A stretch of 64,000 nucleotides of DNA, from positions 6,634,001 through 6,698,000 of the forward strand of contig CATNEN010000003.1 in NCBI GenBank assembly GCA_950097015.1. Reading direction: 5' to 3'. This document shows, piece after piece, positions 1 through 12,000 of the stretch. The notes under the pieces are model-generated. The model saw nothing but the letters and a program-made list of their open reading frames with translations, was not told the origin of the DNA and searched no databases. The number at the start of each line of letters is the position of its first letter. Positions within the stretch are counted from its first letter, which is position 1. Source of the stretch: Macrostomum hystrix (Eukaryota > Animalia > Platyhelminthes). The translations under genes and the position numbers were made by a program.

Positions 1-3000
1 GCGGCCCCGTCAGGTCTCTGCTGACCGCCGTGAAACTGGTCCCACAATGAGCGCACCTCCCTGTCGTAATCTCGCCATTCGGGAAGAATCCGCTGAGCAG
101 CCTCAAGCTTCGGCTCCTTAGTTTTGGGATTGTTGCACAGGTCGATGGTTTTGGCCTGCTTTTTAGTAGCCGGGTCGCACCAGGTCTCGCAGTAAAGCCA
201 TTCCTGAGGTAGGCTGTAGATAGCCACCTGGTATCATTGGAGGGGGCGGGGGGTGGAGGAGCGATTTAACTTAATTACAGCATTAAAATCCCTAATCCAT
301 GTCCATGTCCATAATAAATAATCCCAAAAAATTATAAAATTTCGAAACCGAACCAAATGATCTTGAACCAAAATACAAAAATCGGGAACTAATATTCATA
401 AATCCCCAAAAATCGAAAAGTTGGTTCCTAATTCCAAACGAGGATTATCAATCAAAGATCCATAACTGATATCTCGCAGTTCCTTACAGATCCCGAAAAA
501 AAAGAGATACTAAAAAATCAACAAAATCCAGATCCTGATCCCAACTCAGGATCCCATAGATTCTAAAAATCGCTAATCCAAAAGATACTCAAAATCCCAA
601 AATCAAGATACTTGAGAAAATAAAAATCCCAAAGCAAGATCCCAATCCCAAAGATACTAAAAATCCCAAATCAAGATCCCAATCACAGAGATACTTAAAA
701 ACCGAAATCAAGATCCCAAAGATACAAAAAATCCCAAATCAAGGTCTCAAAGATACTCTAAATCCCAACTTAAGATCCCGAATATTTTCAATATCCTAAC
801 TCAACATACTGAAGATAAAAAAATCCCAACGCAAAGTTCCCAATATTTCCAAATGAGTCTTCGGAAGATCGAAAAGTCCTAATGGCATTGTGAAATATCC
901 CAAAGATCGCACGCAAGAACGCGCAGCTCATCATCCAATCCCTAACCTGGTGAATCATATAGTTGGGCAAGTCCTGATCTAGATTAGCCAACGAATTGGG
1001 ATCCTGGGACAGGCCTTGGTACTGGCCGCGCAACCTATCGCCGGCAGCCAGCCTACGGAATCGAACCAAATCGACCAGGTAGAGAGCCGAGATGTGATAG
1101 GGCCGGTTGCCAAGGTGATTGGCCCAGTAGCCGGTCTTCCAGAATCTGAAGCCGTCCATATCGCGCCGACTGTCGCAGAACGGGGTGTAGGCGTAGGGCG
1201 CGCCGCGAATGTCCATATCGGCCAGCTGCTGCATGTCGGTCCGGACTATCTGATCGGCGTCGACAAAGATAATCCGTTTCACGTCAAGCGGGAATAATAC
1301 GTCGAGGAAGAGGATCTTGTAGGCCCAGATAATTCTCTGCTTCTCTGTTTGACGATTCAACCATCGAGGCCATTTGTACTGGACTAGGCTGTACTCAAAG
1401 TTGTACTTCTCAGCGTAGTAGGGTATGAACTTGATGAACGAAGGCGATAGAAAGCTCTTTAGAAACCAGAATTTCACCTTGGATTTGGTGTGCTTCAAAA
1501 CACTGAGCATCATTAGACTGAAATGAAAAAGATTTTTAATGTTTCAATATATCGCGGTCCTTAGTTTAACCATAAAAATTTGGTAGCTAGAGACAGTAGC
1601 ATGATATTTTTCGATACATATCGGGTCACTCGTTCTTTTTCTGGTTTGGGACTTCAAAAATAAGAGCTACATGATTTTCGATACATATAGGATAAATAGC
1701 TGTTTTTCGCTTGTGGTTATGGTCTTTAAATAAATGAGTTTGACTTCTTCGATAAATATTTAATAGTTCAATTTCAGATTCTGACAGGGCTCTTAACTAA
1801 AAGACACAAGCAAGACAATTTTCGATACATATCGGGTCACTCATTCGTAGCTTGTATTTTAGGTCTTCAAATATAATAGTAGATAATAATTTTCGATATA
1901 TATAGGATAAATCTAATTCCGTTTGTAATTTTAGTTTTTAAAGACTGCAGACTCGAGCTAGACAGTTTTCGATACATATCGGATCATAGTATTGCAGCTT
2001 GAAATTAATAATCTCAAAGACACAAGCTAGATAATTTTCTATACATATCGGGTCGATAAACACACTGCTTGCGACTAGATTATAAAAAAGCTAGGAGCGG
2101 GCGGTAAATATCAACGGATATCTCGATACATATCGAACCACTAAGTTTCAGTATAATAAAAAATATTAACAAAACTAAGCAGACTAACCGTAAGAAACGC
2201 TCGTAGAGATGACCGGACGCGACAGAGAAAATATTTAAAGTCTTGTCGCGATCCTCAGCCGGTATAGTGGGACTGGCGGTGAAGGCACTGTAGATTTTGT
2301 ACGGAATTAAATTAAAATGACTTTAGTGACAACAAAAAAACACTAAAAGAACACACTCCTACTTACTTCAGTAGAGTAGATAGTAAAAAGAAGTATTAAA
2401 TATTAAATACAACAAGACAACTTATATTCCCATGAAAAAAATTGCATGCTTAAAAGGCAAAGACGATTTCTCTTGAAAGTATCATTGAAAACTGACAGCT
2501 TAATTTTTTTTCCAGAAAAAAAGGTAGAAAACAAAGAAGAAATGAACAATATAAGATTGTCTTTTCACAATAGCACTGTGAAGAGACGTTTGGAGAAGAA
2601 AAAGACGTAAAAGACCATATTTTTTAAAAGTAGCTACTAAATTAAAATATTTTTTACCTGATACCGATTGCACTGAAAATATGATGCATTGTTAATTTAT
2701 AGGCACAAATGCAGAACGTTTAACAGAAAGTTTAACAGAAAGTTTAAAAGGAAAAAAAATTCGCGTGGATTTTCGAGGGAAAATACATTGATAAGAGGAT
2801 CTGATAAGGAAAATACATTGATAAGAGGATCTGATAAGGAAAATACATTGATAAGAGGATCTGATAAGGAAAATACATTGATAAGAGGATCTGATAAGGA
2901 AAATACATTGATAAGAGGATCTGATAAGGAAAATACATTGATAAGAGGATCTGATAAGGAAAATACATTGATAAGAGGATCTGATAAGGAAAATACATTG

Positions 3001-6000
3001 ATAAGAGGATCTGATAAGGAAAATACATTGATAAGAGGATCTGATAAGGAAAATACATTGATAAGAGGATCTGATAAGGAAAATACATTGATAAGAGGAT
3101 CTGATAAGGAAAATACATTGATAAGAGGATCTGATAAGGAAAATACATTGATAAGAGGATCTGATAAGGAAAATACATTGATATGAGGATCTGATAAGGA
3201 AAATACATTGATAAGAGGATCTGATAAGGAAAATACATTGATAAGAGGATCTGATAAGGAAAATACATTGATAAGAGGATCTGATAAGGAAAATACATTG
3301 ATAAGAGGATCTGATAAGGAAAATACATTGATAAGAGGATCTGATAAGGAAAATACATTGATATGAGGATCTGATAAGGAAAATACATTGATAAGAGGAT
3401 CTGATAAGGAAAATACATTGATAAGAGGATCTGGGAGAGGATAAAATATTGATATGAAGATCTGGGAGGGGAATCTGAAATTAGGATTTGGGAAAAATTG
3501 CAATTTCAGAGGAAAAAAAGCCGACTCACTTGGAAATGGAGCCCCAGATGCTGGACTGCGCCTCCTCTTCTCCTAGTAGACTTTCTTCCAGCCTGTCAGG
3601 CTTCTTAGCCACCCTGACGGTGATGACTTTGGATCTGAACGAGTCAACCAATGCGACCGGATCGCCGTTAGACGCTTGGCCATCCGTGTTGTCGTGTCCG
3701 GCAATGTCGTATATATCGGCCGATTTGCCAGCTCTCAGTCTCAATAACCAAGCGTTCGGTGCGGCTTTCAATTGGAAATAGCCCAGATTGTACATGACAA
3801 TCGTGTCCTGCAGTAGAGGCTGCTCGGCTGTACCCAGGGTGAACTGCAGGCCGCGAGGAATCTGATTAGTAGCCGAATCCACACAATGACCCTCAACCAG
3901 GAGGTATTCTAATTCGTAATCAGCGTGAACACCGCTGCCACTAACAGTCGACAGTTGAATATTATCCAAATCGTGCGGCGAATTCACGACCTCCACCATC
4001 CAATTGTGAGGCGTGTCAATGCCCAGGGTGAGGATCGGCTGAGAAGGCATGCCGTCGAATGTGACGGAACTGCCGGCAGCCGATAGACTGCCGTCGGCAG
4101 CAAATGATGGAGCCGCGGACAGAGAATACCTGATTGTGTATATTCGGGTGGGGAGTAAGTGTACATTGGGGTGGGGAGTGAGTGTACGTTTGGGTGGGAG
4201 TGAGTGTACATTGGGTTGGGTTGGGTGAATGTACATTGGGTTAGGTTGGGTGAATGTACATTGGGTTAGATTGGGTGAATGTACATTGGGGTGGGTTGGG
4301 TGAATGTACATTGGGTTAGGTTGGTGAATGTACATTGGGGTGGGTTGGGTGAATGTACATTGGGGTGGGTTGGGTGAATGTACATTGGGGTGGGTTGGGT
4401 GAATGTACATTGGGAGGGAGGTTGGCCCACATAATAATAAACTGCAAGACAAGCCACCAGGCCCCGCGGATTCGAGCTCAGGGACCTTGGTGCAGAAAAT
4501 GAAACACACCTGTAGAAAGTTTTCAGCGGCGCCTCGGATAATTTTTCTCGGCAATTAAAAGCCACGGTGACTCGAGCATTCAATGCCTGGCGTAGCACCA
4601 ACAGAATGTGGGACATCTTCTGAGCATCTCTGGACAGAGGATCCACGATTGCCGTCACCTCCAGGCTGGGCCTATCCGAAGCCTCTGAAGGCTCCAGCTG
4701 AAGCAGAGCTCCGGACTGCAAGCCGCTGGGCAGGGTTAGTCTGCGAGAGGCGCCAGAGCCACCAACGCCGCTGCCAGTCGATGCCGAGGAGCCAACAGCG
4801 GCCGGATGCGAGATCAACAGGGCCGATAGTCGCATTGAAAGGTCGGACAGATCGCCTAAGCCAAGATCTGGCAGGGCGTCCAGAGCTTCGGCAACAGCTC
4901 GGCCAGCCCTGCTCAGGGCCAGGCGCTCCAATAGGCGAAGATCGGCGGGATCAACCTCCGACTGGGGCAGGGGACCGACTAGGCGGCCATTGGCTACTAG
5001 AGCGATGTAGGGCGAAGCGTCGGCGTCGGCGGAAGCGGATGCTGAGGTTAGGCCGAGCTCTTCTGAAGCGAACTTTGATAACCTGGGAAGAATTGATTAT
5101 AGGAAATGTTTTCGTGTAAAACATATAGAAAAAAATATTTACTACAGATACTACTTATTTAATATTTTTTAAAAGTACTTATAACTGGATCTACTTTAGA
5201 TGCTACCCACTGGATGTACTTTAGATGCTACTGACAGGATGTACTTTAGAGCTACTTACTGGATGTACTTTAGATACTACTGACTGAATGTACTTTAGAT
5301 GCTACTGACTGGATGTACTTTAGATGCTACTGACTGGATGTACTTTAGATGATACTGACCGAATGTACTTTAGAAGCTATTGACTGAATGTACTTTTGGA
5401 GCTACTGACAGAATTATAATTAAAACTAAATAGAATCGTTATAATTTTTTTATAATTAAAAAACTACTGACTACGTGTACTTTTAAATGCTATTCTGGAT
5501 GACCGGATGTACTCTAGATTCTAACGGTTAAATGAACTGTAGATAACGACCAAGTTATTAAATCGATACTAAATTAGGATAAACGGTAGATACTACTAAC
5601 AAGCCAACCTGATCAAATCCTGTTTAGTAGCATCGGAGTCGGCGGCCGCAGCGAAAGCATCCCAATTCATTCCGTGAACAGCCAGCTCTTTCAAAGCGCC
5701 AGATTGAGTCGCGCTATCCTCGCCATTAACAGTTGGCCAGTTCTCCGGTTTGCACAATTTGCTAACAAAATTCACAGCGTGCTTAGCTGAGCCGCTGTTT
5801 GACAGGGAGCTAGCAGCGGCTTGAATCGCTCTAGCCAGCAATAGTGTCGGCTGGCCAGTGTGAAACACGCCTAATCTTAATTGGGCCGAGGATTTCACTA
5901 AGCGAAGAGCTTCGTAGACTTGCCTGCGACAACCGGCGGTGGCTAGATCGCAGGCTAGCCAGATTGTTGCGGCTCTGGTGGCAGAGTCGTCGTTCTTGAC

Positions 6001-9000
6001 GAAGTAGCTTTAAATGAAGACGGGTTGGGTTTTGAGTTTTTTATAGGTGCTGCAGTTGATGGGGTGAAATGAGTGAGTGACATTTTTGGTGTGAAAATAA
6101 GAGTGACATTGATGGGGTGATAGGAGTGACATTGATGGGGTGATAGGAGTGACATTGATGGGGTGATAGGAGTGACATTGATGGGGTGATAGGAGTGACA
6201 TTGATGGGGTGATAGGAGTGACATTTTTGGTGTGAAAAAAAGAGTGACATTGATGGGGTGATAGGAGTGAAATTGATGGGGTGATAGGAGTGACATTTTT
6301 GGCGTGAAAATAAGAGTGACATTGATGGGGTGAAAGGAGTGACAGTGATGGGGTGAAAGGAGTGACATTGATGGGGTGATAGTAGTGACATTGATGGGGT
6401 GATAGGAGTGACATTGATGGGGTGATAGGAGTGACATTGATAGGGTGATAGGAGTGACAGTGATAGGGCGATAAGAGTGACGTTGATGGGGTGATAGGAG
6501 TTACATTGATGGGGTGATAGGAGTGACAGTGATGGGGTGATAGGAGTTACATTGATGGGGTGATAGGAGTGACATTGATGGGGTGATAGAAGTTACATTG
6601 ATGGGGTGATAGGAGTGACAGTGATAGGGTCATAAGAGTGACGTTGATGGGGTGATAGGAGTGACAGTGATGGGGTGATAGGAGTGACAGTGATGGGGTG
6701 ATAGGAGTTACATTGATGGGGTGATAGGAGTGACATTGATGGGGTGATAGGAGTGACATTGATGGGGTGATAGGAGTGACAGTGATAGGGTCATAAGAGT
6801 GACGTTGATGGGGTGATAGGAGTGACAGTGATGGGGTGATAGGAGGATATAAGCTAAAGAAAAAAATCAAAGGAGTGACAGAAATTACTCATTTAAGATG
6901 ATAAAATAGCAATCTGAAGGAAAAGACAGCGACTTAAGAATTGCATCTAAACATTTTATTCTGCATCACTCACTTGACTTGTCCAACAGATTTCAGCTGA
7001 GTCTGAGTGAGCGGTTTCCCTCCTTGCAGCAGTCGTTGGTTTAATCGTTTAACAAAATTTGGCCTCTCGTTGATAAAGTCCACAACATTGTGAGTGTCTT
7101 TAAGATGGCCAGCGGCCACTTCGCGCTGTAGCTCAGTCGTCTGGCGAATGATCTCGGTCAGGACCTGATTGTCGCGAGTGTACAGGTCAGAGGCTTGGTT
7201 GCGAATGAGCTATTGTATGCTCAAGACAGTGTTTTTTGCAAGGGAAACGTGTACATACGTTGGGGCTAGGGTTTTGTCTGGGTGAATGTATATTCGGGGC
7301 AGGAAGTTGATTCGGGCAGGCCGGAACATACATTCGGGGCAGGAAGTTGATTCGGGCAGGCCGGAATGTACACTCAGGGCAGGAATTTTAATCGGGCAGG
7401 CCGTAATGTACATTCGGGGCAGGAATTTTAATCGGGCAGGCCGGAATGTACATTCGGGGCAGGAATTTTAATCGGACAGGTCGTAATGTACATTCGGGGC
7501 AGGAAGTTAATTCGGGCAGGCCGGAATGTACATTCGGGGCAGGAAGCTGATTAGGGCAGGCCGGAATGTACATACAGGACAGGAAGTTGATTAGGGCAGG
7601 CCGGAATGTACATACAGGACAGGAAGTTGATTAGGGCAGGCCGGAATGTACATTCGAAGCAGGAAGTTGATTAGGACAGGGCGGAATGTACTTCTGGGGG
7701 CAGGAATTTTAGTTATGGTAGGCCGGAATGTAAATTCGGGGCATGAATGATAGGCTGGAACTTTTTCGAACAAATTTCAACTTACCGTCTCTTCGAAATT
7801 GCTCACAGCCGCTTTAGTGTCCAATAGGCCGCCGTTGAGCAGAACAACTGGCGCTGAGGACAGACCAGATCGAGCGAGGAAAGCCTGGCCGGCGGCAAGC
7901 TGATCACTATAATCTGACGACTTATCGCCGAGAGCATCCTGCGAATCCACGTCCGGGTAAAGACCTTTAAAGTACTGATGCGCGAATTCTAGATTGAGAC
8001 TATAGCCCTGCTCAAGTGTGACAGAATAGATGTCTGTCAGGTAGCTCAGGGCTGGCTTAGTTGAGCCCTTGTCGTGGCGCACAAAGTTGAATGAGCGAAC
8101 CAGGGCTCGACCGACTTCGTCCTTGGGTGCCCAGACTAGGCCTGGCGAATTCGATTGTAGGGCGCGAATATTGGAGCAGTTGGCATTAGTGAGCAAGACC
8201 AATTTGATCCTCCAATCCAAGAGGATCAGTAGATGGGGATCAGTAGATGGGATCAGTAGATGGGATCAGTAGATGGGGATCAGAAGATGGAGATCAGAAG
8301 ATGGGGGTCAGTAGATGGGATCAGTAGACGGGAGTCAGTAAATGGGAGTCAGTAGATGGGATCAGTAGATAGGATCAGTAGATGGGGACCAGAAGATGGA
8401 GATCAGAAGATGGGGATCAGAAGATGGGGGTCAGAAGATGGGGTCAGAAGATGGGGGTCAGAAGATGGGGGTCAGAAGATGGGGGTCAGAAGATGGGGGT
8501 CAGTAGATGGGATCAGTAGATGGGAGTCAGTAGATGGGATCATTAGATGGGGATCAGTAGATGTGAGTCAGTAGATGGGATCATTAGATGGGGATTAGTA
8601 GATGGTAGTCAGTAGATGGGATCATTAGATGGGATCAGTAGATGGGATCAGTAGATGGTGATCAGTAGATGGGGATCAGTAGATGGGAGTCAGTAGATGG
8701 GATCATTAGATAGGGATTAGTAGATGGGAGTCAGTAGATGGGATCATTAGATGGGGATTAGTAGATGGGAGTCAGTAGATGGGATCAGTAGATGGGATCA
8801 GAATATGGGTATCAGAAGATGGGGATTAGTAGATGGGATTAGTTGGTAGTGATATCTCAACTCACCAATCCGTATCGGGATGGTGTGCTGTACAAAAGCT
8901 TCGCAGTAGCGAATCAGATCAGCGCACTCTTTCACAGCCGGATCGACAAACACCACCAAATTGAATAGGTTCCTGGCTATGCGTCTCATTGTGCCAGGGA

Positions 9001-12000
9001 AAGCGGGCTTCAACAGATCCTGAACACTGCGCGGCCATTGAGCATACATCGGACTCTGCTCCAAATCGTTCAAATAGACAACACCCGGATCGCGAAAATC
9101 TAAAGCGAATTTCTCTTCGGAAGCCGAAGCTGAGGATGTGGCGAGAGCGCGCAGTACTAGACCAGCCACGCGAGAGGCAGGAATGCCCAGCTCCGCTGCT
9201 GAGTCCATCAGACTGGCTTCTTCGGTTAGCGACTGGTTGAGGATGAGGGATTTTGACTAGTATATTTGACTGTAAACTATTTCATTGTTTCGGATTAGTC
9301 GCTTTAAAGGGGATTTTGAATTTTCGATCAAAGGCATATACTAGTTAGGATGGGAATTTTTAAACGGGATTCTATAATTTGGACATAGATAAGTTGGATA
9401 CAATAAACTGGGATGATTTAGATTCAAGATTTGGATCTAAAGATTATTAGGATTCTAGATAGGGATCTATAGATCATTAGGATCCTAGATTGGGATCTAT
9501 AGATCATTAGGATCCTAGATTTGGATCTATAGATCATTAGGAACCTAGATTGGGATCTATAGATCATTAGGATCCTAGATTGGGATCTATAGATCATTAG
9601 GAACCTAGATTTGGATCTATAGATGATTAGAATTCCAGATAGGGATCTATAGACCGTTGGGATTCAAGATTGGGATCTATAGATCATTAGGATCCTAGAT
9701 TGGGATCTATAGATCATTAGGATCCTAGATTGGGATCTATAGATCATTAGGATCTTAGATTGGGATCTATAGATCATTAGGATCCTAGATTGGGATCTAT
9801 AGATCATTAGGATCCTAGATTGGGATCTATAGATCATTAGGAACCTAGATTTGGATCTATAGATGATTAGAATTCCAGATAGGGATCTATAGACCGTTGG
9901 GATTCAAGATTGGGATCTATAGATCATTAGGATCCTAGATTGGGATCTATAGATCATTAGGATCCTAGATTGGGATCTATTGATTATTAGGATCCTAGAT
10001 TGGGATCTATAGATCATTAGGATCCTAGATTGGGATCTATAGATCATTAGGATCCTAGATTTGGATCTATAGATCATTAGGAACCTAGATTTGGATCTAT
10101 AGATGATTAGGATTCCAGATAGGGATCTATAGACCGTTGGGATTCAAGATTTGGATCTAAAGATTATTCGGATTCTAGATTGGGATGTGTAGATCATTAG
10201 GATCCTAGATTGGGATGTGTAGATCATTAGGATCCTAGATTAGGATCTATAGATCGTTAGGATTATATGGGACTCTTGATTGCAATCCAGCAGGAACCCA
10301 CCTGCAGCATAGCATAGACATCGTAGAATTCCAGGTCAACAGGCCGGCCATTGACCAGCAGTAGCGAGGAGCCAATCGGCAAGCCAAGCTGCTGTTGCAC
10401 AAGTTGCTGATTGAACTCCAACTGAGTTCTCAGACTGGGCAATACAGCAATCTGTGACAGAGCCTTAGCCCTGACAGGATAATTCTGGCTCAAATCGCGC
10501 AGCACATGCAGACTATCTTCTTTTGTAACGGTGAGCACCCTTTGAGCAGCCTGATAGCTGAGATCCTGCAGTTGCCAAGCTTTCAAAGGAGCGATCTCTG
10601 TGGAACTGTCGAGTAGGTGCTGCTTGAACTGGTTCAACTCCTGGGTCAGGTTGGGATGCAGTGCTCTGAAAGGATTAAAGAAAGGGGATAGTATTTTATA
10701 GTAAACCGTTTATCTAAAAGCTCATTCTAGAAATACTCAAACTCAACGATACGTAGCGTGTTCTATCTATCTTATCTATCTATTTGCAGGGGGGCCCGGG
10801 GCACTTGTCGCACAAGCGACGGAGCGGCACGCCCCCAGACCGGCGAACTAGGCGCTTTTGCGCCCATCGCGCTGCCTCCCCTGAGCAGGCACCACACACA
10901 GCAGCACAGACCAGCCGGGGAGGGCAGGAGGCACCCAGAATAGGCAGCAGTGCGGCCCCCACCCCAGCCCCACACGCACAGAGCAGACCAAGCCGGGCGG
11001 AAGGCTGATAAGAAATCAGTCCTCAGGGGGGGGCGGGTGATGAGTGTACACTTATCCAATCGCGCTGACGGAAATCCAGAAAGCGCGCGGCGGTGTACAC
11101 CCGCCCTCCAGCCACCCCCCGCAAGGTCTCACGCGCCAGCGCCAACGCACACAACTCACACAACGCAGAACAGGCACACAGAAGGTAGGAGCGAAGCTAT
11201 TATTTCAAGCTTTGATTGCACGAAATATGGTGCACCTCCGACGGTCGCTACTGTCCAAACCCCCCAACAAGTCCTGAAATTAATCGTGACTTGAAGGGTG
11301 AATCGAACTAGCGTCCATTGGAGTGCGAGGCAGCGACGTTAGCCGCTGACCCACTCGCCCCCTACGTAGCGTGTTACACCCTAGCTGTAGCTAAGGTGAC
11401 TGGCAGAGCGGTCCAACGCGTTTGCCTCTCGCACCAAGGTCCCTGAGTTCGATTCCGCGGCGAGACCGCATTCATTTGGGGCGCAGCCGCGGAGAGAAGG
11501 CTTGGGGACTTGTCGTGCAATTTATGCTCCCTATAGGGGCCAACCTCCAAGGCACAGTGAGTGTACACTGCTTGACGATGAGAAAGTCAGGGCAGATGCC
11601 TGCGTACAATATCTGTGTGCGTGTGTGCTCAGGAGTCAGCGAAATGGGCAGAATTGCCTCCTCGCTGGCTGCGAGTCTAGACTAAACTTACGACCCACTT
11701 TCTAAACTAATAAATGAGTACCAAAAGTATCTGAACTCCAGGGCACACGAGGGTCAAAGCCGCCAAGCTACAATTAATTATGAGCTCAATCCTATAATGA
11801 TTAGGTATAATTTATAAAAAACGCGACTCACCTTAGCTTTGAGAACAGAAAGCCTTGAACTTCGTCCTCTTCGGCGTGTTTTTGACCATCGTCTTTGCTG
11901 TCTAAATGTTTTTTATACAATAACTATACGATTTATGGGTAGCATTAGTGCATAAAAGGCACAAAAAGCTATTGCGAATACATTTTTAAGGTACTTTAAT

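Noticed and set aside
1540-2137. CRISPR-like repeat-spacer appearance
   Set aside because: Spacers are homologous to each other, the array is in a eukaryotic intron and there are no cas genes; it is a decayed minisatellite
2689-3503. Long ORFs of repeated peptides ([20 protein letters not shown]), and similar ones at 5955-6870, 12499-12895, 13850-14083, 26987-27366, 27870-28319, 52483-53067, 62735-62998
   Set aside because: Translations of intronic or intergenic tandem repeats that lack stops by chance
11394-11470. tRNA gene (also at 11290-11362, 46605-46670, 54396-54465)
   Set aside because: A and B boxes are present but no convincing cloverleaf; they continue into repeated bodies, so they are SINE heads
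10758-11705. GC-rich short ORFs repeated at 54465-54991
   Set aside because: They fall within SINE copies and their frames are not conserved between copies
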